Notes under the pieces: model-generated
What the model saw: the letters and a program-made list of their open reading frames with translations, nothing else
What the model was told of the DNA's origin: nothing
Databases searched by the model: none
IMG/VR virus record: IMGVR_UViG_3300023112_000003
From: a virus
Length of the DNA: 42,816 nucleotides
Reading direction: 5' to 3' (one strand)
Program-made: the position numbers and the translations under genes
In this document: positions 34,491 to 42,278 of the stretch, one piece after another
Position numbering within the stretch: the first letter of the stretch is position 1
How the letters are laid out: each line of letters begins with the position of its first letter

Positions 34491-34531
34491 AGGTATACAA
34501 GTAGTAAGTTATAGAGAGGTGGTGATTACTA

Positions 34532-34759
34532 ATGAATGGATACAATGGATATAAGAACTACGAGACTTGGTTGGTAGCTGTACATATAGACAACACACAG
34601 GAGACACAGGAAGCCGCCAAAGGACTGGATCATGAGGAGTTGAAGACATACGTCTACAACATGGTAGACACAACAAGCCTATTTACTGCTGACCTAGCAA
34701 ATAGCACGTTGGAGGAGGTTGACTTTAGGGAACTGGTGGAGACAATTAACGAGGGATAG
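34532..34759 (+). CDS. hypothetical early protein (75 aa)
   Basis: First ORF after the sigma70-like promoter, with GAGAGGTGGTGA SD. The NYETWLVAVHIDN motif is seen in many phage proteins of unknown function. Confidence 0.6.
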   Translation: MNGYNGYKNYETWLVAVHIDNTQETQEAAKGLDHEELKTYVYNMVDTTSLFTADLANSTLEEVDFRELVETINEG

Positions 34760-34785
34760 AGTTGCAACTATAGAGTTGAAGTGTA

Positions 34786-34811
34786 GGTGTTAGGAGCAAC
34801 TCCCTAGCACC
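34786..34811 (+). other. intergenic RNA hairpin (9-bp stem, 8-nt loop)
   Basis: GGTGTTAGG-AGCAACTC-CCTAGCACC with one G-U pair. No U-run. Preceded by the 10-bp palindrome AGTTGCAACT at 34760..34769. Confidence 0.3.
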
Positions 34812-34827
34812 TACTCAGAAAGATAGT

Positions 34828-34965
34828 ATGAACAAAGAAGAAGTAGAAGGATTAATAGCTTGGTGGCTTGAAAGCTACGAGAGCCTACCAAACAAAAATA
34901 CGGTGGAAGCTAAACAGATAGCGGGTGTTTTATCCTATTTAAACCAAAAGTGGGTGACACTATGA
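34828..34965 (+). CDS. hypothetical protein (45 aa)
   Basis: Own translation MNKEEVEGLIAWWLESYESLPNKNTVEAKQIAGVLSYLNQKWVTL; ATGA coupling to YopX. Confidence 0.4.
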   Translation: MNKEEVEGLIAWWLESYESLPNKNTVEAKQIAGVLSYLNQKWVTL

Positions 34966-35318
34966 GAGATATTAAATTCAGAGCTTGGGATAAAGAGAAT
35001 AAAGTAATGTACGACCTCGGTTATTTTGGGGATATATTCTTCGGAACAAACCATGAGGAGGAGTACGGTAACGACCTAACCAAGTATGAGGTAATGCAAT
35101 ACACAGGACTCAAAGACTCAAAAAGAACTGAGGAGTACCCAGAAGGTCAAGAGATATATGAGGGAGATATTGTTAAAGAAACAAATATAGAGGTAAGGGT
35201 AGAGGTAGTAGATAATATGGTCGAGTGGTTACAGCATGTTGGGTTCCTACAAGGTAGGGAACAATGGACAGAGGAAGACGTGGAAGTAATAGGCAACATA
35301 TACGAGGATAGGCTATGA
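34962..35318 (+). CDS. YopX family protein
   Basis: MRDIKFRAWDKENKVMY..MQYTGLKDSK..EIYEGDIV..EVIGNIYE is the canonical YopX pattern. Start moved to ATG 34962. Confidence 0.85.
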   Translation: MRDIKFRAWDKENKVMYDLGYFGDIFFGTNHEEEYGNDLTKYEVMQYTGLKDSKRTEEYPEGQEIYEGDIVKETNIEVRVEVVDNMVEWLQHVGFLQGREQWTEEDVEVIGNIYEDRL

Positions 35319-35467
35319 GAGAGTTACAACGTAAGAGATCTGATCTAGTGATGTTAAGGGGTCAGTTACAGCGTCAGAAAGCCTCTAAGGGGGTTCTGAG
35401 CCGCTTGACCCGTAAGATAGTAGAGGTAGATGCAAAGATATATAACAAAGTTAATTATGGGAGGTAA
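35315..35467 (+). CDS. hypothetical basic protein (50 aa)
   Basis: Own translation MRELQRKRSDLVMLRGQLQRQKASKGVLSRLTRKIVEVDAKIYNKVNYGR; ATGA coupling. Confidence 0.4.
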   Translation: MRELQRKRSDLVMLRGQLQRQKASKGVLSRLTRKIVEVDAKIYNKVNYGR

Positions 35468-35468
35468 A

Positions 35469-35663
35469 ATGAATATACTACATAGATTAAGATGGCTATT
35501 AGGCCTATATAACAAGGAGGGTGTGAAGCCTATGACTTTTGAGGCCTTTACAGAGGCTGAGAAGCTCAATGAGATGGCGTATTGGGATGATATTAATGCA
35601 CAAGTTAACGATAGAGATATCGAGGAAGGTACAAATGAAGAGGCACTACATAATAAGGTTTAA
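35469..35663 (+). CDS. hypothetical protein (64 aa)
   Basis: ATG preceded by GGGAGG; MNILHRLRWLLG... Confidence 0.45.
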   Translation: MNILHRLRWLLGLYNKEGVKPMTFEAFTEAEKLNEMAYWDDINAQVNDRDIEEGTNEEALHNKV

Positions 35664-35850
35664 TGACCTAAGTAATGAGAAGCAAGAGGAAATACTTCTT
35701 GATCTAAGCAATGGGGCTATGGTTGATGCTGATTTAAAGACCTTGGTATTAGAGAATGTACACAAAGACGATGTTGTTGATGTATTAGAGGTATTAATCG
35801 AAAGGGCTACAGATAAGTCTTGGTGTGAATGGGAGGTAGTATTGGAATGA
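35635..35850 (+). CDS. hypothetical acidic protein (71 aa)
   Basis: ATG preceded by GAGGAAGG; MKRHYIIRFNDLSNEKQEEIL... Confidence 0.45.
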   Translation: MKRHYIIRFNDLSNEKQEEILLDLSNGAMVDADLKTLVLENVHKDDVVDVLEVLIERATDKSWCEWEVVLE

Positions 35851-36179
35851 AAACCCCAAACGACTATAAAAAAGAGGCTAAGTTAATACTACAAGAGTGG
35901 GCGTACAGAGTTATGGTATTGGAAATGACACCAGAAAGGCTGGAGGAGACTAAGAAGCTTGGTGTTCCTATTGCCTTTAGCAGTCAGGAACTAGAGAACT
36001 TCATAGAGTCTATGGTTAAAGAGATACTAGATAGTGTAGCGTTGGAAGAGAAAGACATGGGGGGAGAAACCCATTGCAAGACCTGCGCGGGACATATAGC
36101 TGCTGGAGAATGTGACTGTAGCGGGCACAACAAAGCAGTAGCCGAACAAAGAAAGTTACATGAGGAGGTATTAGAATGA
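35847..36179 (+). CDS. hypothetical protein with C-terminal Cys cluster (110 aa)
   Basis: ATGA coupling, GGGAGG SD; HCKTCAGHIAAGECDCSGH. Confidence 0.5.
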   Translation: MKTPNDYKKEAKLILQEWAYRVMVLEMTPERLEETKKLGVPIAFSSQELENFIESMVKEILDSVALEEKDMGGETHCKTCAGHIAAGECDCSGHNKAVAEQRKLHEEVLE

Positions 36180-36304
36180 AGTTATTTATAGCAATAGTTA
36201 TAGCAAATGCCTTGTGTTACCTATTAGGTAGGTGCAATCGTGATTGAATCTATCCTGATAGTGGTAGGGTGTGTGTCATTCCTATGGTTTATGGGTGGGA
36301 AAGG

Positions 36305-36332
36305 TTGACACCACGCCGAAACACTGTAATAT
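36305..36332 (+). promoter_or_regulatory. early promoter TTGACA-16-TAATAT
   Basis: TTGACACCACGCCGAAACACTGTAATAT followed by AGGTTATACAAGT, the same downstream block as at 34491. Confidence 0.6.
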
Positions 36333-36359
36333 AGGTTATACAAGTTATGAAAGGTATTT

Positions 36360-36518
36360 ATGACAGTAGTTACTAAAACAAAGCGTAATACAGAGATACA
36401 CAAGAAGAAAGAGGCCGGTACTACCTACCGACAGCTTTCTGTTGACTATAATCTGTCTATTAAACGTCTGCAAGACATAGTTAATAGAGAACGTAATAAA
36501 TTATTAAAGGACAAATAA
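36360..36518 (+). CDS. small HTH protein (52 aa, resolvase/Hin-type HTH-like)
   Basis: Own translation MTVVTKTKRNTEIHKKKEAGTTYRQLSVDYNLSIKRLQDIVNRERNKLLKDK. First ORF after the second early promoter. Confidence 0.45.
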   Translation: MTVVTKTKRNTEIHKKKEAGTTYRQLSVDYNLSIKRLQDIVNRERNKLLKDK

Positions 36519-37033
36519 TGGCTGAAGCAAAAAAGAAGGTGACGCATACAGAGGCACCAGCAAGCGTAACATATAGTTTAACTAGCCCCAAGGGATTGGG
36601 TGTTCTATTCACAGTGAGGAATGAAGACTCTAAGGAGTTATTGCAAGAGATGATAACAATAGAAGAGAGTCTAATGGATCTAGGATACACAAAACAAGTT
36701 AGATCATACGGGGGTGGCAAAGCTAAAGCACCTGTTAAGTATGTAGAGGGTAAGATGTGCCCTAAGGACGGTGGTAAGCTCTTGGACAAAACCACAAAGA
36801 TGGGTAAGAGTTTCCATGAGTGTGAGAACCGTAAATATGACTTCACTACCAAGCAAACAAGTGGTTGTGACTTCATTGACTGGTTAGACAGCGGTACAGC
36901 AGCTCCTACAGGTGGTAGCGATGCCCCTGCAACCGAGGCCCAAATGAGAGTATTAAAAGAAAAGGGCTTGTGGGAAGAGGGAATGAACAAAGTGAAAGCA
37001 TCTGAGGTTATTGGTGGGGTACTAGGTAAATGA
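36518..37033 (+). CDS. hypothetical protein with topoisomerase-type zinc-ribbon-like segment (171 aa)
   Basis: CPKDGGKLLDKTTKMGKSFHECENRKYDF..GCDF resembles a zf-C4 topoisomerase-like ribbon; TAATG coupling. Confidence 0.5.
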   Translation: MAEAKKKVTHTEAPASVTYSLTSPKGLGVLFTVRNEDSKELLQEMITIEESLMDLGYTKQVRSYGGGKAKAPVKYVEGKMCPKDGGKLLDKTTKMGKSFHECENRKYDFTTKQTSGCDFIDWLDSGTAAPTGGSDAPATEAQMRVLKEKGLWEEGMNKVKASEVIGGVLGK

Positions 37034-37152
37034 TTAAGATAGAAACAAAAGCCAATAAGGTAGTAATGTGGACACTCCTATCTTGGAGCTTATACCAAGT
37101 ATTCTTAGTTAGTTTCTGGATTGGTATCCTTATAGGAGAACTGATTAAATGA
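37030..37152 (+). CDS. possible 40-aa membrane peptide
   Basis: Own translation MIKIETKANKVVMWTLLSWSLYQVFLVSFWIGILIGELIK; ATGA overlaps at both ends. Confidence 0.35.
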   Translation: MIKIETKANKVVMWTLLSWSLYQVFLVSFWIGILIGELIK

Positions 37153-37385
37153 GTGCCTCTCCAGTGCCAACAATAAAAAAGGAAGAATACGAGGATGAGG
37201 TAGACTTCTTTGAGGCCATGAAGGCTGTGGTTGACGGTAAAAGAGTCACCAAGGCTGAGTGGGAAGACATACACCAGTGTGTTTACCTCGCTGATGAGTA
37301 CCTAAAGATTCATATAGACAACAAAGTATCTAACTTTACGGTTAGGCTCCCTGATATGTTAGGGGAGGATTGGATTGTTCTGTGA
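37149..37385 (+). CDS. DUF2829 (Tad2-like) domain protein
   Basis: DFFEAMKAVVDGKRVTKAEW...LPDMLGEDWIVL follows the F.EAl.al..GkkV.r..W ... DllaeDW.v pattern of DUF2829. Confidence 0.5.
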   Translation: MSASPVPTIKKEEYEDEVDFFEAMKAVVDGKRVTKAEWEDIHQCVYLADEYLKIHIDNKVSNFTVRLPDMLGEDWIVL

Positions 37386-37804
37386 GTCTCATCACCGTTG
37401 ATCCTAAAGAGATAGCACTGTTAGCTGAAGAGGGCGACAAGTTCGTCTTTAAAGCGGAAGCCGAAGACCATTTAATCAAGTTATTAGAGGCTCAAAAGAT
37501 GATCGAAGAGGCTGTAGACAGTGTAAAGAAGGGTATAGCCCAAGCGGGCGAGAGTGTTAACCCTAACTTCAAGGGGGTCATCGGTGATAAAGTTAGATGT
37601 ACATACCGTCAATACGGTAAGAAGTACAAGTTCGTATTAAACAAGAGAGAGGAGTTAGAGCCATTCCTTATAGAGAAGGTGTGGTACAACATAGATACCG
37701 GCAAGGTAGAAGAGTACCTTAAAGAGGTAGGGGAGCTACCAGACGGCATTTATGAGGCTGACAGAGACCACCAACTATCAATTTCCTATAAGGCCGATGA
37801 GTAA
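37370..37804 (+). CDS. hypothetical protein (about 140 aa; start TTG 37370 or GTG 37382)
   Basis: Long ORF in the operon with a coiled-coil N-terminal half; no motif recognised. Confidence 0.5.
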   Translation: MDCSVSLITVDPKEIALLAEEGDKFVFKAEAEDHLIKLLEAQKMIEEAVDSVKKGIAQAGESVNPNFKGVIGDKVRCTYRQYGKKYKFVLNKREELEPFLIEKVWYNIDTGKVEEYLKEVGELPDGIYEADRDHQLSISYKADE

Positions 37805-37934
37805 GAGACTTTGTAAGTGTGGGGCCGATATATCCCACCGACACGTTAAAACGATATGGTGTATGGATTGTAGTGTCGAAAGATCCAAAGAAAGAGCTAG
37901 AAAACAACATGAAAAAAATAAGACTATCACATAG
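37797..37934 (+). CDS. possible 45-aa zinc-ribbon protein
   Basis: MSKRLCKCGADISHRHVKTIWCMDCSVERSKE... has a CxC..CxxC pattern. It overlaps both neighbours. Confidence 0.3.
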   Translation: MSKRLCKCGADISHRHVKTIWCMDCSVERSKERARKQHEKNKTIT

Positions 37935-38460
37935 TTTGATGTATTTATGGGAGCGTGGAGACGTTGATGGTGCAGTTAGTACCTATTGTCGCCTTGACCG
38001 TCCCATTACCCGTCAGATGAAAGAGGGTAGAGAAATACACCAAGAAATAGAAGAGCATATAGGTAAATATAATACCTTTCCTGAGTGGTTCTTTGATGCC
38101 GAGTTGAAACTACCACAGCCGGAGAGGGAGGTAGTAGTCAAATACAACGAGATGTTTGATATAAAAGGGATCTTTGACTGCATGGACGTGAGTACCAATA
38201 CCTTATATGAGTTCAAAACGGGAGTGTCAAACTCCTTGGAACACGCCAGAACATACCAAATACCGCTCTACTTTTTTATAGCAGAACTTGCTAATATAGA
38301 TGTTGATAAAGCCTACGTTATTAGGTGGGACCAGTACAATAAGAAAACAGACTGGTGCATAGTACATAATTCAGAGAAGTTGCGAGAGAAGGGTAAAAAT
38401 CTAGTGGACTCGGTGGGTCCTGAGATCTATGCCTTCTTCGAGCAAGAGGGGATAATATGA
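37909..38460 (+). CDS. PD-(D/E)XK (RecB/Cas4-like) nuclease
   Basis: GREIHQEIE, IKGIFDCMD..LYEFKTG (D..ExK) and TYQIPLY (QxxxY) motifs; no Cys cluster. Start at MKKIRLSH. Confidence 0.7.
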   Translation: MKKIRLSHSLMYLWERGDVDGAVSTYCRLDRPITRQMKEGREIHQEIEEHIGKYNTFPEWFFDAELKLPQPEREVVVKYNEMFDIKGIFDCMDVSTNTLYEFKTGVSNSLEHARTYQIPLYFFIAELANIDVDKAYVIRWDQYNKKTDWCIVHNSEKLREKGKNLVDSVGPEIYAFFEQEGII

Positions 38461-38738
38461 TTAAGCCAGTAGCAGATTACATTTTAATAGAACCAATAGA
38501 AAAAGACGGGGCATTAATAATGCCTGAGACATCCAAAGAGGTACCAACAGAAGGTAAGGTTGTCTCAATGGGTATGAAGTTGAGCCTCAGTATAAACCCC
38601 ACAGACCGGGGCTTCCCCACCGTACTAAATGAAGGCGACGTCGTTATTTACAAGAAGTGGGAAGGCACTGAGGTAGAAGACAAAGGCAAGAAGTATATTT
38701 TAATTCAAGAGGAACATATCCTCGCAACAAAGGAGTAA
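38457..38738 (+). CDS. groES: co-chaperonin GroES (Cpn10)
   Basis: MIKPVADYILIEP..GALIMPETSKEVPTEGKVVSMG..GDVVIYKKWEGTEV..YILIQEEHILA is the canonical Cpn10 pattern. Confidence 0.9.
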   Translation: MIKPVADYILIEPIEKDGALIMPETSKEVPTEGKVVSMGMKLSLSINPTDRGFPTVLNEGDVVIYKKWEGTEVEDKGKKYILIQEEHILATKE

Positions 38739-38739
38739 T

Positions 38740-40335
38740 ATGCCCAAAGACATTATTTACGATGAAGAAGTTTTAAAGAAGTTTAGATCCGGTGTGAGTA
38801 GAGTAGCCCGTGCTGTAATACCTACACTAGGGGGCAAGGGAAGACCAGTAGCCATAGATAAAGGCTTTGGTGCTCCTGAGATGGCTGATGACGGGTTTAC
38901 TGTCGCAGACAATATAGACCTTGCAGACAGACACGAGAACATGGCAGCCCAATTAACATTGGAGGGTGCTGCTAAAACCAACAAAGAGGTTGGGGATGGT
39001 ACAGCTTCTACGGTTACATTGATTGAGGCTATCATGGATCTTGGTGTACAAGAGGTAAACGCTGGTAAGAACCCAATGATCTTAAAGGGTGAGCTAAAGA
39101 ACGCTGTTAAGAAGGTCACTGACCACATTGAGAAAACAGCCATTCCTATATCAACAAAAGAAGAAAAGGCTCAAGTAGCCACAGTATCCGCCAAGGATGC
39201 AGAGATTGGCGAAATGATTGCCGATGCTATGGAGAAGGTAGGAGACACTGGGGTTATTACTGTAGATGAGTCCCAAGGCTTTGGGATGGAGCTTGAGTAT
39301 AAAGAAGGTATGCAGTTCCAAAGAGGATACCTATCCCCCTACTTTATTACAGACCCTGATAAGAAAACCGCCGAAATTAATGACCCTTATATATTGGTAA
39401 CGGATATTGGTATTGGTAACGCACCTGAGCTTATGACTATGTTAGAGGGGTTTCTAAAGACCTCAAACGACATCGTAGTTATCGCAGAGAGCATCGAAGA
39501 AGAGGCTCTAGCGGTACTTGTAGTCAATAAGATCAGGGGTAAAATAAAGTCTCTCGCCATTAAAGCACCGGGAGCAAGACAAACCAAGCGTCAAACACTA
39601 GAAGATATCTGTATCCTAACAGGAGCAACTCTTATTACGGAGGAAGCTGGGGGTAAGATTGAAGCTGTAACAGTAAAAGACCTAGGTCGTGCTGATAGGG
39701 TGATCTCTACAGAAGAAGACACCATCATTGTAGGTGGTAAGGGGGATAAGAAGGAGATCGATAACAGAATTGAAAGATTAACCAAAGAAGTAAAAGCAGA
39801 GAAAACCGACTATGCCCGCGAAAAGGTAGCCGAAAGGTTAGCCCGTTTAGCAGGTGGTGTGGCCGTTATTTCAGTTGGGGCGGCAACAGAATCAGAATTA
39901 AAAGAAAAGAAATTAAGGGTAGAGGACGCGGTCAATGCTACAAAAGCTGCTGTGGACAAAGGTGTTGTGGCCGGAGGGGGACTAGCCCTATGGAACGCAT
40001 CAAGAGAACTCAAGGAAGATGACACCGGCTCAATAATCATCAGAGAAGCTATCAAGGTACCTTTGGTTAGAATCCTAGAGAATGCTGGTATCGAAGGCCG
40101 AGACTGGTGGAAGTTCTGGGAAGAAGATCTCTTAGACACCACATTAGAACGAGTTGGGGGTGCCTACGGAGTCGATGTTATCAAGATGCAGCATGCGGAC
40201 ATGTTAGACGAGGGTATTGTAGACCCTGCTAAGGCTGTGTGTTCAGAGTTAAAGAACGCTGAGTCAGTAGCTACTTTGTTATTAACCACTAGCTGTGCAA
40301 TAACTGACCTGCCAGATGAGAAAAAAGAAAACTAA
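38740..40335 (+). CDS. groEL: chaperonin GroEL (Cpn60)
   Basis: 531 aa; [21 protein letters not shown] (ATP site), [41 protein letters not shown]. Lacks a GGM C-terminal tail. Confidence 0.95.
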   Translation: MPKDIIYDEEVLKKFRSGVSRVARAVIPTLGGKGRPVAIDKGFGAPEMADDGFTVADNIDLADRHENMAAQLTLEGAAKTNKEVGDGTASTVTLIEAIMDLGVQEVNAGKNPMILKGELKNAVKKVTDHIEKTAIPISTKEEKAQVATVSAKDAEIGEMIADAMEKVGDTGVITVDESQGFGMELEYKEGMQFQRGYLSPYFITDPDKKTAEINDPYILVTDIGIGNAPELMTMLEGFLKTSNDIVVIAESIEEEALAVLVVNKIRGKIKSLAIKAPGARQTKRQTLEDICILTGATLITEEAGGKIEAVTVKDLGRADRVISTEEDTIIVGGKGDKKEIDNRIERLTKEVKAEKTDYAREKVAERLARLAGGVAVISVGAATESELKEKKLRVEDAVNATKAAVDKGVVAGGGLALWNASRELKEDDTGSIIIREAIKVPLVRILENAGIEGRDWWKFWEEDLLDTTLERVGGAYGVDVIKMQHADMLDEGIVDPAKAVCSELKNAESVATLLLTTSCAITDLPDEKKEN

Positions 40336-40720
40336 AAGAAAACAACTAGAGACCAAGCTGGATAAATTGTGGAAAAGTAGTGGAAAAGAGGACGCAGTGT
40401 GTGAGATCTGTACCACCCTACCTAAGTCGGAAAGGGTGAACTACAGCCAACTACACCCCCACCACATCATAGGCCGTAAGGCCAAGGGGACCAAGTGGGA
40501 CGTACGAAATAGATTGTGGGTATGTCCTACCCATCACACCATGGGGATCCCTAATAACTGCGTAGAATTCAATTTAGGGGGTTGGTTCTGGGGTGCTGAG
40601 GACGATTGGTTAGGTAACCATCGACCAGAAGATAAAGAATACCTTACAGAGAAGAAGTCTATACCCTACACCCAATGGACAATAGAAGAATTAGAAAATT
40701 TAGTAAAGGAGTTTGAATGA
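40316..40720 (+). CDS. HNH/NinG-like nuclease-fold protein (134 aa)
   Basis: CEIC..LHPHHIIGR..NRLWVCPTHH. Overlaps the groEL 3' end by 20 nt. Confidence 0.5.
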   Translation: MRKKKTKRKQLETKLDKLWKSSGKEDAVCEICTTLPKSERVNYSQLHPHHIIGRKAKGTKWDVRNRLWVCPTHHTMGIPNNCVEFNLGGWFWGAEDDWLGNHRPEDKEYLTEKKSIPYTQWTIEELENLVKEFE

Positions 40721-41469
40721 ACATACTTATAACAGGTATATCAGGAACTTTGGGAACAGAGTTCGCCAAATATCTATCTCCACACCATTTAGTGGTGGGT
40801 ATAGATCACAGTGAAGAGAACGTAGCTAGATTTAAGAGGGAATTCCCAGACATAAAGGTCTATCTCAAGGACTTTAACTACTGGGACTTTAGCCTTTACC
40901 CAATGGATTTAGTTATCCACTGTGCAGCACATAAGCACGTTAACCTAGGGGAAGAGTATCCACATGACTTCGTTAAGAACAACGTGATAAAGACAGCGGA
41001 ATTATTTGAGAACGCCTACGATAACGGGGTAGATATACTATTTATATCAACTGACAAGGCTGTGGAGCCAACCTCCGTATACGGGTATACCAAAGCACTG
41101 GGAGAGGCCCTTTGCCATCAATATGACGGGTCCTTTGCACGACTAGGAAACATACTAAACTCCAATGGGAGTGTGCTTCCCATCTGGGAAAAGGCAATAA
41201 AAGAAGGTTCTCCCGTAAAGATAACTGATCCGGACATGATACGTTACTACATTGATGCCTCTGAGGCCGTAGAACAGATCTGGGAGGGTTTTCTATTCGG
41301 AAATGAGGTTATTATACCTATATGCGATAAACTGTCTCTAATCCAGCTTTTTGGTCAACTTGTAAACAAGATGGGCGTTGATACAGAGGATGTTGAAGTT
41401 GAGATTATCGGTAGGAGGCCCGGTGAGAAGTTCGAAGAGAAGTTAACATGGGATGGGGAGGTGTATTAA
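40717..41469 (+). CDS. short CapD/PseB/FlaA1-like NAD(P)-dependent sugar-nucleotide 4,6-dehydratase (Polysacc_synt_2 family)
   Basis: ITGISGTLG Rossmann motif; FISTDKAVEPTSVYGYTKALGE (S..YxxxK); ARLGNILNSNGSVLPIW; ITDPDMIRYYI; RRPGEKFEE. Confidence 0.8.
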   Translation: MNILITGISGTLGTEFAKYLSPHHLVVGIDHSEENVARFKREFPDIKVYLKDFNYWDFSLYPMDLVIHCAAHKHVNLGEEYPHDFVKNNVIKTAELFENAYDNGVDILFISTDKAVEPTSVYGYTKALGEALCHQYDGSFARLGNILNSNGSVLPIWEKAIKEGSPVKITDPDMIRYYIDASEAVEQIWEGFLFGNEVIIPICDKLSLIQLFGQLVNKMGVDTEDVEVEIIGRRPGEKFEEKLTWDGEVY

Positions 41470-41770
41470 ACTGAAAGATAACATTAAGATAGCAATTATA
41501 ATAGCTTTAGGATTAGCTTTGGCAACTTTTATTTACTCCGATGGGGTTACTAAGAGACAAGAGGCTAGATTCGAGAAGGACCGTCGTGATGAAATGCAAG
41601 CTGAGATAGATCTTATTGACTGTGAAGCTGACGCTTTCACCGCCTACGATTCTTGGTGGGACAGAGAGTGTGAGGACAAAGGCTTAGGTGTGGACTGTTC
41701 ACTACCTAGTTACAACGCAGATCGTCTTCAAGAGTCTTATGAGAGTGATTTAGATAGATGTTATAGGTAA
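41453..41770 (+). CDS. membrane-anchored Cys-containing acidic protein (105 aa)
   Basis: TM helix IAIIIALGLALATFIY followed by a charged, Cys-containing ectodomain. Last gene before the hairpin. Confidence 0.5.
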   Translation: MGRCIKLKDNIKIAIIIALGLALATFIYSDGVTKRQEARFEKDRRDEMQAEIDLIDCEADAFTAYDSWWDRECEDKGLGVDCSLPSYNADRLQESYESDLDRCYR

Positions 41771-41780
41771 AATTTACAAA

Positions 41781-41804
41781 AGCTCTTGCGAATTTGCGAG
41801 AGCT
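41781..41804 (+). terminator. hairpin after the last plus-strand operon gene (weak terminator candidate)
   Basis: AGCTCTTGC-GAATTT-GCGAGAGCT: 9-bp stem with one G-U pair. The downstream tract is AT-rich but not a clean U-run. Confidence 0.35.
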
Positions 41805-41814
41805 AATGTAATAT
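41786..41814 (+). promoter_or_regulatory. promoter-like TTGCGA-17-TAATAT
   Basis: Shares the TGTAATAT -10 context with the 36305 promoter. Overlaps the hairpin at 41781..41804. Confidence 0.35.
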
Positions 41815-41829
41815 TATTCTACTGTGAAT

Positions 41830-41898
41830 ATGCCCATATTATACAATCAAACCGCAAATACTACAACCACCGCAACAGGTGGTATTTTTGTTGCCTGA
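41830..41898 (+). CDS. possible 22-codon Thr-rich micro-ORF
   Basis: Own translation MPILYNQTANTTTTATGGIFVA. About 16 nt downstream of a TTGCGA-17-TAATAT promoter-like site; no SD. Confidence 0.2.
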   Translation: MPILYNQTANTTTTATGGIFVA

Positions 41899-42240
41899 AT
41901 CTTGGGGTTACTGACTCCAGTATCCAGTAAACAAAGGTTGTAAGTCCGCAGGCGTGTCACCAAGATATACTTTGGAAGGACCCTAGTGAAACTTCACAAG
42001 TGGCTGGCCTTTGCAAACTGGAATTTGCCAAAATTTTTAGATGGATTGTTAGAGTTAATATGTCCATTAACTTTAAGAACCTGTCTACAATAGATAGGCC
42101 TCATTCAGTATACGGATACCTCAATCATATGATTAGGAAACGGCTACGAATAGGATATGTCTCCGGGAGGGGGATTTAGGGGGAGGTCGTTAATCCTAGC
42201 GTATCTCATAGTTCCCCAGGGTTTTACCCTATAACTACAT

Positions 42241-42278
42241 AGAAATAACGACATTGAAGGGGTGTTAGAAATAACGAC
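42241..42278. repeat. 12-bp direct repeat AGAAATAACGAC x2 (42241..42252, 42267..42278)
   Basis: Exact copies with 26-bp spacing, 11 nt upstream of the 28-aa ORF. Confidence 0.6.

Noticed and set aside
36481-36990. 169-aa minus-strand ORF inside the early plus-strand arm.
   Set aside because: It is fully antisense to 36518..37033, which has TAATG coupling and a plausible zinc-ribbon motif. Its composition is Pro/Ser/Leu-rich and it has no start signals.
38757-40142. Several minus-strand ORFs (38757..39143, 39387..39587, 39591..39785, 39810..40142).
   Set aside because: All are antisense to the unambiguous groEL gene.
41899-41966. 68-nt segment closed by a 7-bp stem, which looked like a possible tRNA.
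   Set aside because: It has no T-arm or GTTC-type loop, no proper D-arm (the candidate D-stem would enclose a 15-nt loop), and no third internal arm on either strand. It is not a tRNA and is kept only as an unexplained structure.
42164-42186. G-run segment GGGAGGGGGATTTAGGGGGAGG as a G-quadruplex.
   Set aside because: It has only three solid G3+ runs plus a GG, which is too weak to claim without biophysical prediction.
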